From Candidatus Aphodoplasma sp. (GTDB lineage: Bacteria > Bacillota > Clostridia > UBA1381 > UMGS1253): 64,000 nt of DNA. Below, piece after piece: positions 46,337 through 56,590 of this stretch. Positions within the stretch are counted from its first letter, which is position 1. Each line of letters begins with the position of its first letter. The stretch lies in the NCBI GenBank assembly GCA_045541115.1, contig JAZQIM010000014.1:65832-129831 (forward strand), written 5' to 3'. The notes below the pieces were generated by a model. The model was not told where the DNA came from, ran no database searches, and saw only the letters and a program-made list of their open reading frames with translations. A program made the position numbers and the translations under genes.

Positions 46337-48892
46337 TTATCTTTCGAATAGAAATCTTTTTTTCATGCTTCGTTTTTTTGCACTGCGATATGAAAGATAC
46401 TTCTCAGTTTCAACTATGACTAATGGCAAAAGTGCTAACACCATGACGACAAACCATTGATTATAGCTTAGCGGCGTCACCTTAAAGAGTTTTGAAATCG
46501 GTGCGATACATACGACGCCCATTTGAAGAGCGCAACATATTATAAATGCAACATTCATGACCTTGTTTGAAAAAGCACCCACTTTAAACAGCGAGCCTTC
46601 AGAGCGCGTATTAAATGCGTGAACAAGCTGTGATAAGCACAGCACGCAAAATGCCATTGTCTGCGCCACAATCATATCATTCCATATATACCTTCCAAAG
46701 CTAAATCCTATAAGTGCAAGCACGCCAATCATTATTCCTTCAAGCACAATCGAAGTGCCTAACCCGTCAGCAAAAATGCTTTTTCTTCTGCTTATCGGCT
46801 TTTTATCCATAATGTCTTCATCAGCCTTTTCAAAACCAAGCGCAATTGCAGGAAGAGAATCCGTCACAAGATTTACCCATAACAGATGAATTGGTGCAAG
46901 CGGTGCATTCCAGCCGATGAGTATTGCAAAAAATATTGTTACAATTTCTCCTATATTACTCGACAAAAGAAAATGCAGTGCTTTTTTTATGTTCGAAAAA
47001 ATTACTCTTCCTTCTTTGACTGACGATACAATTGTAGAAAAATTATCATCACACAAAACCATGTCAGCCGCTTCTGTACAAACTTGCGTTCCGCTTTGTC
47101 CCATCGCACAACCTATATCGGCAATTTTTAATGCAGGCGCATCATTTACGCCGTCACCTGTCATAGCGACAACCTCGCCACGTCTTTCAAATGCATTTAC
47201 AATACGAACCTTATGTTCCGGTGTCACACGTGCAAATACGCTGTACTCATTTATAATCATCGTAAGTTCATCGTCGCTTATCTCATTAAGCTGAGCACCT
47301 GTCATAGCTTTATCATTATTTCTATATATTCCTATCTGCGATGCTATTGCCTTAGCTGTTTCAATATGGTCACCCGTTATCATTACAGGTTTTATACCCG
47401 CCCTTATGCAGCTTGCGACAGCCGTCGCTGCTTCAGGGCGCGGAGGGTCAATCATCGAGATAAGCCCTACAAAATTCAGTTTACCTTTTGTATTTTCGCT
47501 TATATCTTTAATATCCTTATATGCAACAGCTATAACTCTTAATGCCTTATGTGCCATTTTCAAATTTTCTTTTTCAATATTTTCTCTCTGAGAATATGAT
47601 AAATCACACATATCAAGCAAAACATCCGGCGCACCCTTTACTATGACTCTGTAACCTGTATCTGTTTTATGTGTCGTGCTCATATATTTATTTTTTGAAT
47701 CAAACGGTATTTCACGCACACGAAGATACTTCTTTTTTAACAAATCAATGTCGCATCCATCAAGTCTTGCAGCTTGGATTATTGCTTTTTCTGTCGCATC
47801 TGAATCATTGTTACACAAAGAGCCCAAATCAAGCGCAAGACTTCTTGTGCCATATACATTTACAACACTCATTTTGTTTTGTGTAAGCGTGCCCGTTTTA
47901 TCAGAACAAATCACGCTTGCGCTTCCAAGCGTCTCAACTGCACTCATTCGTCGTATGATTGCATTTTGACGGGCCATCCGTCCTACACCAAGAGAAAGTA
48001 TTATCGTCACAATTGCGGGCAGACCTTCAGGTATCGCTGCAACTGCAAGGCTTATTGATGTCATCAGCATTTCAAATATGTTTATGCGCCGTATTATTCC
48101 CATTATAAATATAACAAAACATATTATAAGCGCAACTGTGCCAAGCGTTTTGCCTGTTCGTGCAAGCTTTTCCTGAAGAGGCGTTGGTGGCGGTGCTGTG
48201 TCGATTATCATTTTCGCAATCTTACCGACCTGCGTATTCATGCCCGTTTCTACAACGACTGCCAGGGCGTTTCCACTCGTTACGATACACGATGAAAAAA
48301 CCATATTTTTTGCATCAGCAATATTTATTTCACCGCTACATGTATATAGCGCATCTTTTTCAACGGGTATCGATTCGCCCGTAAGCGATGCTTCGTCACA
48401 GTGTAAATCGTTTGACTCAATCAGGCGCGCATCAGCCGGCACTAAATCACCCGATTTTAAAAATATAACATCGCCAACTACAAGCTCTGATGCATTGATT
48501 TTTTTCTTTTCACCATCGCGCAACACATAAACAGATGGCGCACCAAGTCTCTTCAGAGCTTCGAGCGCTTTTTGTGCACGGCTCTCCTGAAATACACCAA
48601 TCGATGCATTTATAATTACGATCGCAAGTATTATTATCGGATCGAAATAATCTGCATCGCCATTTATAATTGACATAAAAAACGATACTGCTGCACAGAT
48701 AAGCAGGATAATTACCATATAGTCTTTAAACTGTAGCAAAAACCTTTTTAAAAGACTCTCGCTCTTTTTTTGTTCAAGCTCATTTGACCCATGTACTTCC
48801 AATCTTTTTGTCGCTTCCGTCTGTGTAAGTCCATGTTCTTTATCGCTGTTAAGTCGACTGACTATCTGCTGAGCACTTCCGTTATACCACAC
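46337..48892 (-). CDS. Calcium-type cation-transporting P-type ATPase (P2A/P2B-like)
   Basis: 851 aa. CSDKTGTLTQN, TGDHIETA and MTGDGVNDAPAL, with 10 TM segments. GTG start. Confidence 0.9.
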   Translation of the reverse strand: MWYNGSAQQIVSRLNSDKEHGLTQTEATKRLEVHGSNELEQKKSESLLKRFLLQFKDYMVIILLICAAVSFFMSIINGDADYFDPIIILAIVIINASIGVFQESRAQKALEALKRLGAPSVYVLRDGEKKKINASELVVGDVIFLKSGDLVPADARLIESNDLHCDEASLTGESIPVEKDALYTCSGEINIADAKNMVFSSCIVTSGNALAVVVETGMNTQVGKIAKMIIDTAPPPTPLQEKLARTGKTLGTVALIICFVIFIMGIIRRINIFEMLMTSISLAVAAIPEGLPAIVTIILSLGVGRMARQNAIIRRMSAVETLGSASVICSDKTGTLTQNKMSVVNVYGTRSLALDLGSLCNNDSDATEKAIIQAARLDGCDIDLLKKKYLRVREIPFDSKNKYMSTTHKTDTGYRVIVKGAPDVLLDMCDLSYSQRENIEKENLKMAHKALRVIAVAYKDIKDISENTKGKLNFVGLISMIDPPRPEAATAVASCIRAGIKPVMITGDHIETAKAIASQIGIYRNNDKAMTGAQLNEISDDELTMIINEYSVFARVTPEHKVRIVNAFERRGEVVAMTGDGVNDAPALKIADIGCAMGQSGTQVCTEAADMVLCDDNFSTIVSSVKEGRVIFSNIKKALHFLLSSNIGEIVTIFFAILIGWNAPLAPIHLLWVNLVTDSLPAIALGFEKADEDIMDKKPISRRKSIFADGLGTSIVLEGIMIGVLALIGFSFGRYIWNDMIVAQTMAFCVLCLSQLVHAFNTRSEGSLFKVGAFSNKVMNVAFIICCALQMGVVCIAPISKLFKVTPLSYNQWFVVMVLALLPLVIVETEKYLSYRSAKKRSMKKRFLFER

Positions 48893-49126
48893 CTATGCCA
48901 CTCCCCTTTGCTTTTGTTTTTTATACTTGTCCCTATATTTTATGTATATTCTGATATTTTTTTAATATGACAGTTTAATATTCTTTATAATATTTTTCGT
49001 ATGACATTTTTCTTTATAAAACAACATGGCGCTTTCTAAAATTTTTGCATAATTAAATAGCTTTTTATTGCATTGTTTACCACTTTTTGCTACAATATTT
49101 GTATAAATAAACTTTTGGAGGAACAT

Positions 49127-50497
49127 ATGGATAGCCCGACAATTAAGAAAAATGAAATATATAACATCGAAATTACCGCCCAGGGCTCTGAAGGCGAAGG
49201 TATAGGTAAAATTGACGGGTTTACCATATTCGTAAAGGATGCTGTTTTAGGCGATGTTATAGATGCAAAAATATTAAAAGTAAACAAATCCTTTGCATAC
49301 GCTAAAATTGAGCGCATTATAACAGAATCTATGCATCGCACGAAGCCTCTTTGCTCTGTATACAGCCGTTGCGGCGGATGTAATTTTATGCATATAAAAT
49401 ATGAGCAGCAATTAAAGCTAAAAAGCAAACGAATATATGATGCTCTTACACGTATCGGTGGTTTTACGCTAGATAAATCCCCCGATATTTCTGGAGCTGA
49501 CAATCCGTTTTATTACAGAAACAAAACGCAGCTTCCAATCGGCATAGACAAAGACGCAAATATAATAAGCGGTTTTTTTGCGCCGCGTACTCATACAATC
49601 TGCCCTGTCGATACATGTGTATGTGCTCCGCACATCCAAAAGGCCGTTACAGATACGCTAAAAGATTTTATGAGAAAAAATGGCATCGCACCATATGATG
49701 AGAAAAATCACAGTGGCATTATACGTCACGTTTTTATTCGCACAACAAAAAAATCTGATGTTATGGTCGTAATTGTTGCTAATGCGCATAAATGTAAAAA
49801 CGCAGATGCACTCGTTACTATGCTTAAAGAAAATGTAGATGGGCTTGTGAGCGTTATATGGAATGTAAATACTGAAAAAACAAACCTTATTTTAGGAAAT
49901 AAAAACATCACTCTATATGGCGATGATACACTAGTTGATACTATTGGCAACCTGTCTTTTAAAATCTCGCCGAATAGTTTTTACCAGATAAATCCAGAAC
50001 AGACAGAAAAACTTTATAATACGGCGCTTCAATTCGCCGAACTTGATAAAACACAAACGGTTTTTGACTTGTACTGCGGTATTGGCACAATATCCTTGTT
50101 TATGGCATCACGTGCTAAAAAGGTAATCGGACTCGAAATCGTTTCAGATGCCGTTAAAAATGCAAATGAAAACGCAAATCTCAATAATATTACAAATGCA
50201 CAATTTTATTGCGGACCTGTCGAAAAAACTATTGTCGAGCTATGTAATTCCGGGGAGCGAGCCGATGTCGTTGTGCTTGACCCGCCACGCAAAGGCAGTG
50301 ATGAGCTTACGCTTTCAACAATTATAAAAACCACCCCGAAACGCATTGTTTATGTTTCGTGCAACCCCGAAACTCTTGCACGCGATGCAAAATTTTTGCG
50401 TGAAAACGGCGGATACGAAATAAAGAAGATTCACGGCGTCGATATGTTCGCCCACACAAGCCATGTCGAAACTGTTGTCATGATGAGTCGAGAATGA
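49127..50497 (+). CDS. rlmD: 23S rRNA (uracil-5-)-methyltransferase RlmD/RumA family
   Basis: N-terminal TRAM domain, an Fe-S Cys cluster (C..C..C, CSVYSRCGGCNF), and a SAM methyltransferase domain with DPPRKG. Start set at ATG 49127, behind GGAGGA. Confidence 0.88.
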   Translation: MDSPTIKKNEIYNIEITAQGSEGEGIGKIDGFTIFVKDAVLGDVIDAKILKVNKSFAYAKIERIITESMHRTKPLCSVYSRCGGCNFMHIKYEQQLKLKSKRIYDALTRIGGFTLDKSPDISGADNPFYYRNKTQLPIGIDKDANIISGFFAPRTHTICPVDTCVCAPHIQKAVTDTLKDFMRKNGIAPYDEKNHSGIIRHVFIRTTKKSDVMVVIVANAHKCKNADALVTMLKENVDGLVSVIWNVNTEKTNLILGNKNITLYGDDTLVDTIGNLSFKISPNSFYQINPEQTEKLYNTALQFAELDKTQTVFDLYCGIGTISLFMASRAKKVIGLEIVSDAVKNANENANLNNITNAQFYCGPVEKTIVELCNSGERADVVVLDPPRKGSDELTLSTIIKTTPKRIVYVSCNPETLARDAKFLRENGGYEIKKIHGVDMFAHTSHVETVVMMSRE

Positions 50498-50525
50498 TAG
50501 ATACAATAAATAAGGAGGAAAAAAT

Positions 50526-51407
50526 ATGACAAAAGAAATATCAAAGAAAGCATTTGACATTATTAAAAAAATGCAGCAAAGCGAGCTAAACGAAAGTATT
50601 ATTTACGAGAAAATCGCAAAATCTGCAAAGGGCGATGAAAACAAGGAGGTTTTAAAACGCCTTGCCAGAGAAGAAAAAGCTCATTATGAAATCTGGCAAA
50701 AATATACCGGCATCGAGATGAAGCCGAACAAACTTAAAGTATTTAAGTATTCTTTAATAGCCAAAATATTAGGTTTTACCTTCGCTGTAAAACTAATGGA
50801 AAACGGCGAACAAAACGCTCAAGATGAATACGAACTTCTCGCGGATGAAATCGAGGAAAGCACATCAATAAGAGCACAGGAAGAAGAGCATGAAAAGGCA
50901 CTTCTTGATATATTAGACGAAGAAAGCCTTCAATATGTGGGCAGCATGGTTCTTGGCATGAACGATGCGCTAGTTGAGCTTACCGGCTCACTAGCAGGCT
51001 TTACTTTCGCTATGAAAAACACAGGGCTTATCGCTCTGTCCGGCCTTATCATAGGCGTTTCAGCAACATTCTCAATGGCATCGAGCGAATTTCTGGCAGC
51101 AAGAAGTGAAGGACGAAATGATGCATTAAAATCATGCACATACACAGGCATTGCATATTTAATTACGGTTGTACTTCTCATACTTCCCTACTTGATACTA
51201 AACACATCGCAATATATGCTCGCTTTAGCGATTATGCTCTCAATAGTAATACTGATAATTGCCGCCTTTACATATTATATATCGGTGGCGCAAAGTCAAA
51301 AATTCCGCCCGAGATTTTTAGAGATGAGTGCAATCAGCGTTTCAGTCGCAGTTCTCTCATTCTTCGTTGGCATTGCGGCAAAACACTTTCTTGGTGTAGA
51401 AATTTAA
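50526..51407 (+). CDS. VIT1/CCC1 family iron/manganese transporter with N-terminal ferritin-like domain
   Basis: The ferritin-like N-terminal half (E..H pairs: EEKAHYEIW, EEEHEKAL) is followed by a VIT1 membrane domain (GMNDALVELTG...). Confidence 0.7.
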   Translation: MTKEISKKAFDIIKKMQQSELNESIIYEKIAKSAKGDENKEVLKRLAREEKAHYEIWQKYTGIEMKPNKLKVFKYSLIAKILGFTFAVKLMENGEQNAQDEYELLADEIEESTSIRAQEEEHEKALLDILDEESLQYVGSMVLGMNDALVELTGSLAGFTFAMKNTGLIALSGLIIGVSATFSMASSEFLAARSEGRNDALKSCTYTGIAYLITVVLLILPYLILNTSQYMLALAIMLSIVILIIAAFTYYISVAQSQKFRPRFLEMSAISVSVAVLSFFVGIAAKHFLGVEI

Positions 51408-51413
51408 TACATT

Positions 51414-51452
51414 AAAAAAAAAGCCGATAATTATTATCGGCTTCTTTTTTTT
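51414..51452. terminator. Bidirectional terminator between the VIT1 gene and ilvN
   Basis: aagccgataat/attatcggctt stem flanked by A9 and T9. Confidence 0.85.
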
Positions 51453-51975
51453 ATAGATTTGTTATTTTACGAATTGTTGAGCTGCCTTTTGCAAGCGATA
51501 CACATCCCGTTCTGCATATCTCAAGGATGTTAAAATCACGCATAAGGTTTATGAAATCATCAATCGTTCTGCTCTCACCCGTAAGCTGTAAAATCATTGA
51601 ATCCTTTGAATAATCAAGTGTCTTTGCTTCAAATGCTGTCGCTGCTGCACGTATTTCCTCGCGCGTTTTTGCATTATTTTCAAGCTTTATGAGAAGAAGC
51701 TCACAGTTTACTGAATCTTCGCTTTTCATCTCTGTTACAGAGCACACGTCAGGAAGCTTATATAGCTGATTTATAAGTTGCTGCTTATTTGCCTCGTCGC
51801 CATCGAAAACAACCGTGATTCGTGAATATTCGTTTGATTCCGTCTCACTTACTGTCAGCGCACTTATATTAAAGCGTCTGCGTCTAAACATGCTTGTTAC
51901 TCGGTTTAGCACACCGAACTGGTTATTCACAAGCACCGCTGCTGTATATCTGTTCATTTTATTTTCCCCTTCCAA
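51451..51975 (-). CDS. ilvN: Acetolactate synthase small (regulatory) subunit
   Basis: ACT domain VLVNNQFGVLNRVTSMFRRRRFNI. The likely true start is ATG 51957. Confidence 0.9.
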   Translation of the reverse strand: MEGENKMNRYTAAVLVNNQFGVLNRVTSMFRRRRFNISALTVSETESNEYSRITVVFDGDEANKQQLINQLYKLPDVCSVTEMKSEDSVNCELLLIKLENNAKTREEIRAAATAFEAKTLDYSKDSMILQLTGESRTIDDFINLMRDFNILEICRTGCVSLAKGSSTIRKITNL

Positions 51976-53626
51976 CTATCATTTCGTCTGTGCTGCTTCC
52001 CGGTGGAAGCATTGGAAAAACTAATTCATCTTTATCGATTGCACAGTCAATTATATATACGCCACTTATTTCAAACGCTTTTTTAAAAGCAGCATCCAGC
52101 GCATCGAGAGTATCTACTCTCTCTCCATCGCCGCCAAATGCTTTTGCAAGCGATATAAAATCTGTCTTTCTGTTAAGAACCGTGTTTGAATAATGTTTAT
52201 CAAAAAACAGTGTTTGCCACTGACGTACCATTCCCAAAACGCCGTTATTCATAATCAGAATCACTAACGGTACATCGTAGCTGACAGCCGTTGCAAGCTC
52301 ATTTAAGCTCATGCCGAATCCACCGTCACCTGTAACGAGAACGCTTTTTTCTTTTGTGCCAAATGCAGCACCTATTGCAGCGCCCACGCCAAAGCCCATC
52401 GTACCAAGTCCACCGCTCGTCACAAATCTCTTTTCCTTTTTAAAAGAAAGATTTTGTGCCGCCCACATCTGATGTTGTCCTACGTCCGTAACGACAGCAG
52501 TATTCGATTTCAAATACTTATTAAGCGTTAATATGGCATTTCGTGGTGTAAGTCCTTCCCTGTTGTCAAGAAGTTTTTTCTCTTCTTCTTTTAGTTTTTC
52601 AATCGTTTTAATCCATTCGTCTTTCTTGTTGTCTTCTATATATGTTAGTAGCTTTTCAAGCGTTAGCTTTACATCTCCGCAAAGCGCATGACTTGCTCCT
52701 ACAATTTTTGATAGCTCTGAAGCATCTACATCTATATGAATAATTTTTGCATCTTTAATAAATTTTTTCTTGTCGCCTGTAACTCTGTCGTTAAAGCGAA
52801 CACCAAGCGCAATTATACAGTCAGCACTATTCATCGCCATAGATGAGGCGTACTGTCCATGCATACCCTGCATACCTAAAAAAAGCGGATAATCGCTCGG
52901 TATCGCAGAAAGTCCCATAAGCGAACACCCCATAGGTGCATCAATCTTTTTTGAAAGCTCTGTCATCTGCTCTTGTGCACCCGAAATTGCAAGTCCGCCA
53001 CCAAAATATATGTACGGTCTTTTAGCTTCATTTATGCACTTTGCCGCTTCCTTTATTCTACTTTCCTTTGCACAAAACTTTTCTTGCATTTCTGCCGATG
53101 GCTGCGCTGTATACTCACACATTGACGCCTGGACATCCTTTGGTACATCAATAAGCACCGGTCCGGGTCTTCCCGACACAGCGAGGCAAAATGCCTCTCT
53201 AATCGTATCCTGCAAGTCCTCAACATTTTCAACAAAGTAATTGTGCTTTGTGATTGGAAGCGTAATACCTGTTATATCAATCTCCTGGAAGCTATCTGTT
53301 CCGATTTGTGTCGTCGCAACGTTTCCGCAAATTGCAACCATCGGCACAGAATCAAGATGCGCCGTCGCTATTCCCGTAACAAGATTCGTCGCTCCCGGTC
53401 CCGATGTTGAAATCACGACACCAACCTTCCCTGTTGTACGCGCATATCCGTCAGCCGCATGGGCAGCACCTTGCTCGTGAGCCGTTAATATATGTGCTAT
53501 CTCATCTTGATATTTATATAATGAATCATATACATCGAGTATTTGACCACCGGGATATCCGAAAACTACGTCACAGCCCTGGTCAATCAACGTTTTTACT
53601 ATTATATCTGCTCCCGATAATTTCAC
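51959..53626 (-). CDS. ilvB: Acetolactate synthase large subunit (biosynthetic type)
   Basis: 555-aa ThDP enzyme. GYPGG at the N-terminus and the ThDP motif GDGGFGMSLNELATA...NNG. Confidence 0.93.
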   Translation of the reverse strand: MKLSGADIIVKTLIDQGCDVVFGYPGGQILDVYDSLYKYQDEIAHILTAHEQGAAHAADGYARTTGKVGVVISTSGPGATNLVTGIATAHLDSVPMVAICGNVATTQIGTDSFQEIDITGITLPITKHNYFVENVEDLQDTIREAFCLAVSGRPGPVLIDVPKDVQASMCEYTAQPSAEMQEKFCAKESRIKEAAKCINEAKRPYIYFGGGLAISGAQEQMTELSKKIDAPMGCSLMGLSAIPSDYPLFLGMQGMHGQYASSMAMNSADCIIALGVRFNDRVTGDKKKFIKDAKIIHIDVDASELSKIVGASHALCGDVKLTLEKLLTYIEDNKKDEWIKTIEKLKEEEKKLLDNREGLTPRNAILTLNKYLKSNTAVVTDVGQHQMWAAQNLSFKKEKRFVTSGGLGTMGFGVGAAIGAAFGTKEKSVLVTGDGGFGMSLNELATAVSYDVPLVILIMNNGVLGMVRQWQTLFFDKHYSNTVLNRKTDFISLAKAFGGDGERVDTLDALDAAFKKAFEISGVYIIDCAIDKDELVFPMLPPGSSTDEMIVGRGK

Positions 53627-53656
53627 GTTGCCACCCTCCTTTTTAATGCATTTTAC

Positions 53657-54034
53657 TTAGTCAATCCTTGCAACCACTTCTATTTCAACTAATGCATTTT
53701 TTGGCAATGCCTTGACAGCTACGCATGAGCGGGCAGGTTTGCTCGTAAAGTATGTAGCATATATCTCATTGAATTTTGCAAAATCATTCATGTCGCTTAG
53801 ATAACATACAGTCTTTATTACATTGTCAAACGATGAATTTGCAGCCGATAAAAGCGCTTCTATATTCTTACACACTCTGTGCGTCTGAGCCTCAATTGTA
53901 TCGCCTTCCATTTCACCCGTTTTCGGATTTAGCGGAATCTGACCCGATGTAAAAAGCAATTTGTCTACAATTACTGCCTGTGAATACGGACCTATTGCCG
54001 CAGGCGCATTATTTGTGCTTACTTTATCAGTCAT
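53657..54034 (-). CDS. ridA: RidA family reactive-intermediate deaminase
   Basis: 125 aa. IGPYSQA...GQIP...VK..VYL family blocks. Confidence 0.9.
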   Translation of the reverse strand: MTDKVSTNNAPAAIGPYSQAVIVDKLLFTSGQIPLNPKTGEMEGDTIEAQTHRVCKNIEALLSAANSSFDNVIKTVCYLSDMNDFAKFNEIYATYFTSKPARSCVAVKALPKNALVEIEVVARID

Positions 54035-54126
54035 TTTATTTTACCCTCCGTATTTTTATATAACCATATGAAAAGCACCCGGCTCAAAGCCCGGAAAACT
54101 TTGAAACGGGTGTAACCTATGTTTTG

Positions 54127-54155
54127 ATTATAACAATATGAGCTATAAATGTCAA
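54127..54155 (-). promoter_or_regulatory. Consensus sigma-A promoter for ridA-ilvBN (TTGACA-17-TATAAT)
   Basis: Minus strand: -35 at 54155-54150 and -10 at 54132-54127. Confidence 0.6.
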
Positions 54156-54199
54156 TAGATTTTATAACATTTACACCATATGCCCTACATTGCGTCAGA

Positions 54200-54236
54200 C
54201 AAAAAACGGTGGACTTAAATCTATAAGTCCACCGCC
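54200..54236 (-). terminator. Intrinsic terminator after fba
   Basis: cggtggactta/taagtccaccg stem with T6 on the minus strand. Confidence 0.85.
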
Positions 54237-54273
54237 CAATTATTTTTTTATTATTCAGCCATTAAAGCAAAAC

Positions 54274-55209
54274 TTACGCTTTGTTGTCGCAACCTAAAAC
54301 GTTAACGATCTTCTTCTTAACGAGATCCTTGATTGCAGCTCTTGCAGGCTTTAAGTACTGTCTTGGGTCAAAGTGTGAAGGATTTTCGTTGAAGTACTTT
54401 CTGATTGAACCTGTCATTGCAAGACGTAAGTCTGAGTCAATGTTAATCTTACATACAGCTGATTTTGCAGCCTGACGGAGCATATCCTCAGGAATACCGA
54501 TTGCATCGGGCATATCGCCGCCATTTTCGTTAATCATCTGAACATACTCTTGAATAACTGATGATGCACCGTGAAGTACGATCGGGAATCCCGGAAGCTT
54601 CTTTGATACTTCATCTAAAATGTCGAATCTAAGCTGCGGCTTCTGACCTGGCTTAAACTTGTATGCGCCATGGCTTGTACCGATAGCAATAGCAAGTGAG
54701 TCAACGCCTGTGCGTGTAACGAAGTCAATAACTTCTTCAGGTCTTGTGTATGATGCATCTTCAGCAGATACGTTAACAGCGTCTTCTACGCCTGCAAGTC
54801 TGCCAAGCTCACCTTCTACAACAACGCCTCTTTCATGTGCATACTCAACAACCTTCTTTGTGAGAGCAACGTTCTCTTCATAAGGAAGATGTGAACCGTC
54901 AATCATAACTGATGTAAATCCACCATCGATACACGATTTGCAAAGCTCAAATGAATCACCATGGTCAAGGTGAAGAGCAATCGGAAGGTCTGTTTCGATA
55001 ATTGCAGCTTCAACAAGCTTTACAAGGTATGTGTGATTTGCATACTTTCTTGCGCCTGCAGATACCTGCAAAATCAAAGGTGCATTAACTTCTTTTGCAG
55101 CCTCTGTAATACCCTGGATAATCTCCATGTTGTTTACGTTGAAAGCACCGATAGCGTAGCCACCCTCATATGCCTTCTTAAACATTTCTTTTGTTGTTAC
55201 TAATGGCAT
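54274..55209 (-). CDS. fba: Class II fructose-1,6-bisphosphate aldolase
   Basis: 311 aa. LHLDHG, EGELG and GTSHGAYK blocks. Confidence 0.95.
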   Translation of the reverse strand: MPLVTTKEMFKKAYEGGYAIGAFNVNNMEIIQGITEAAKEVNAPLILQVSAGARKYANHTYLVKLVEAAIIETDLPIALHLDHGDSFELCKSCIDGGFTSVMIDGSHLPYEENVALTKKVVEYAHERGVVVEGELGRLAGVEDAVNVSAEDASYTRPEEVIDFVTRTGVDSLAIAIGTSHGAYKFKPGQKPQLRFDILDEVSKKLPGFPIVLHGASSVIQEYVQMINENGGDMPDAIGIPEDMLRQAAKSAVCKINIDSDLRLAMTGSIRKYFNENPSHFDPRQYLKPARAAIKDLVKKKIVNVLGCDNKA

Positions 55210-55362
55210 TTATATCACTCCTAAAAATTATTATTACTATAAAATTATACCACTAAACGAGAAAAATACAAGACTTTTGTTAAAATTTTTTCAAACTTAT
55301 GCATTTTTTCATATTTTTTACAATATTTTTTTGCTTTTTTGCATTGTTTATGTATTTTTTGT

Positions 55363-55392
55363 TTGACATATACTGTAAATGGAGAGTATAAT
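55363..55392 (+). promoter_or_regulatory. Consensus sigma-A promoter for the corA leader (TTGACA-18-TATAAT)
   Basis: -35 at 55363-55368 and -10 at 55387-55392. Confidence 0.6.
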
Positions 55393-55398
55393 AAAAAG

Positions 55399-55605
55399 AG
55401 TGGCAAATAATAATTTTACGATTAAAGGAGGTTGTCTTTTTATGGGTAGCGACCCTTACGTCAGTAGAAAACTTTTAAAACAAAATAATAATTCCATGAC
55501 AGCCTTTTTATATCGTTATGTGACTAGATAGCCATACACATTTCGTCTGTATATAAGGTTTCTTTGAGCATGGAATTATAAAACTTAAAGAAAGCAGGTG
55601 TTGGT
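55399..55605 (+). promoter_or_regulatory. Roughly 205-nt 5' leader of corA containing a short ORF and an 11-bp long-range helix
   Basis: The helix arms ATAATTCCATG (55488-55498) and CATGGAATTAT (55569-55579) are perfect complements. See findings. Confidence 0.4.
55442..55531 (+). CDS. Candidate 29-codon leader ORF (MGSDPYVSRKLLKQNNNSMTAFLYRYVTR)
   Basis: The ATG is preceded by AAGGAGG with a 10-nt spacer. The ORF lies wholly inside the corA leader. Confidence 0.25.
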   Translation: MGSDPYVSRKLLKQNNNSMTAFLYRYVTR

Positions 55606-56538
55606 ATGCTAAACATTTACCGTACAGACGATGAAAAAATCAACATTTTAGACAGCTTTGATACTGACTGCTGGATTCAGCTTGTTTCCCCTACCAGTCA
55701 GGAATTAACCACTGTTGCAGAGCTAACCGGCGTTGACGAAGACTTTTTGCGTGCACCGCTCGACGAAGAAGAGCGCTCACGTATTGAAACCGAAAATGAA
55801 CACACGCTTATTCTTGTTGACACACCGTTTGTTGAAACTGATAACGACGGAGAAGAATATGTAACTATACCTATGGGTATTATTGTTACACAAAACTGCA
55901 TAATTACTGTTTGCTTAAAAGACGCTCCAATTTTAAAAGACTTCATAAAGGGACGTGTGAGAAGTTTCTCTACAAAAAAGCGTAACAGATTTATTTTGCA
56001 AATTCTTTACAGAAACGCTGTCCGTTTTCTGTACTATCTTCGTAAAATCGACAGAAAAAGCACATACGTTGAAGATGAGCTTCATAAATCAATGAAAAAC
56101 AAAGAGCTTATTGCTATGTTAAAGCTAGAAAAGAGCCTTGTGTACTTTTCAACATCATTAAAAGGTAACGAAGCCGTACTTGAGCGCCTTTTGCGCATGA
56201 GCTTTATACGTCAATATCCTGATGACACAGACCTTCTCGAAGATGTTATTATAGAAAACAAACAGGCTATTGAAATGTGTACGATTTATCGTGACATTTT
56301 ATCGGGCACAATGGATGCTTTTGCATCTGTAATTTCAAACAACCTTAATATAGTTATGAAAATTCTTACACTTATTACTATTATCATGACTATACCTACA
56401 ATAATAGCAAGCCTCTGGGGAATGAACGTCGCTGTGCCTTTTGGAAGCAGTCCATTTGGCTTTTGGATTGTCCTTGGCATTTGTGTTACATTCTCATGCG
56501 TTGCCGCGCTTATCATGAAGCGCAAAAAGATGTTCTAA
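55606..56538 (+). CDS. corA: Magnesium/cobalt transporter CorA
   Basis: 310 aa with two C-terminal TM helices and the GMN motif (LWGMNVAVPF). Confidence 0.93.
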   Translation: MLNIYRTDDEKINILDSFDTDCWIQLVSPTSQELTTVAELTGVDEDFLRAPLDEEERSRIETENEHTLILVDTPFVETDNDGEEYVTIPMGIIVTQNCIITVCLKDAPILKDFIKGRVRSFSTKKRNRFILQILYRNAVRFLYYLRKIDRKSTYVEDELHKSMKNKELIAMLKLEKSLVYFSTSLKGNEAVLERLLRMSFIRQYPDDTDLLEDVIIENKQAIEMCTIYRDILSGTMDAFASVISNNLNIVMKILTLITIIMTIPTIIASLWGMNVAVPFGSSPFGFWIVLGICVTFSCVAALIMKRKKMF

Positions 56539-56557
56539 AATTTAATGTTTTTTTGAT

Positions 56558-56590
56558 AAGAGATGGGATTTTCATTCCGTCTCTTTTTTG
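56558..56590 (+). terminator. Intrinsic terminator after corA
   Basis: agagatgg/ccgtctct stem (one G-U pair) followed by T6. Confidence 0.7.

Noticed and set aside
54035-54126. A T-box or attenuator leader in front of ridA-ilvBN.
   Set aside because: There is no T-box consensus and no Ile/Leu/Val-rich leader peptide. The only hairpin before the U-run is a 6-bp stem (CACCCG/CGGGTG) with a 25-nt loop, which is too weak to call.
55399-55605. An M-box (ykoK) Mg2+ riboswitch upstream of corA.
   Set aside because: The genomic context fits, but I could not find the conserved M-box blocks as I remember them. There are only vague matches such as GCCATACA and AAGGT. I left it as a check for cmscan rather than a call.
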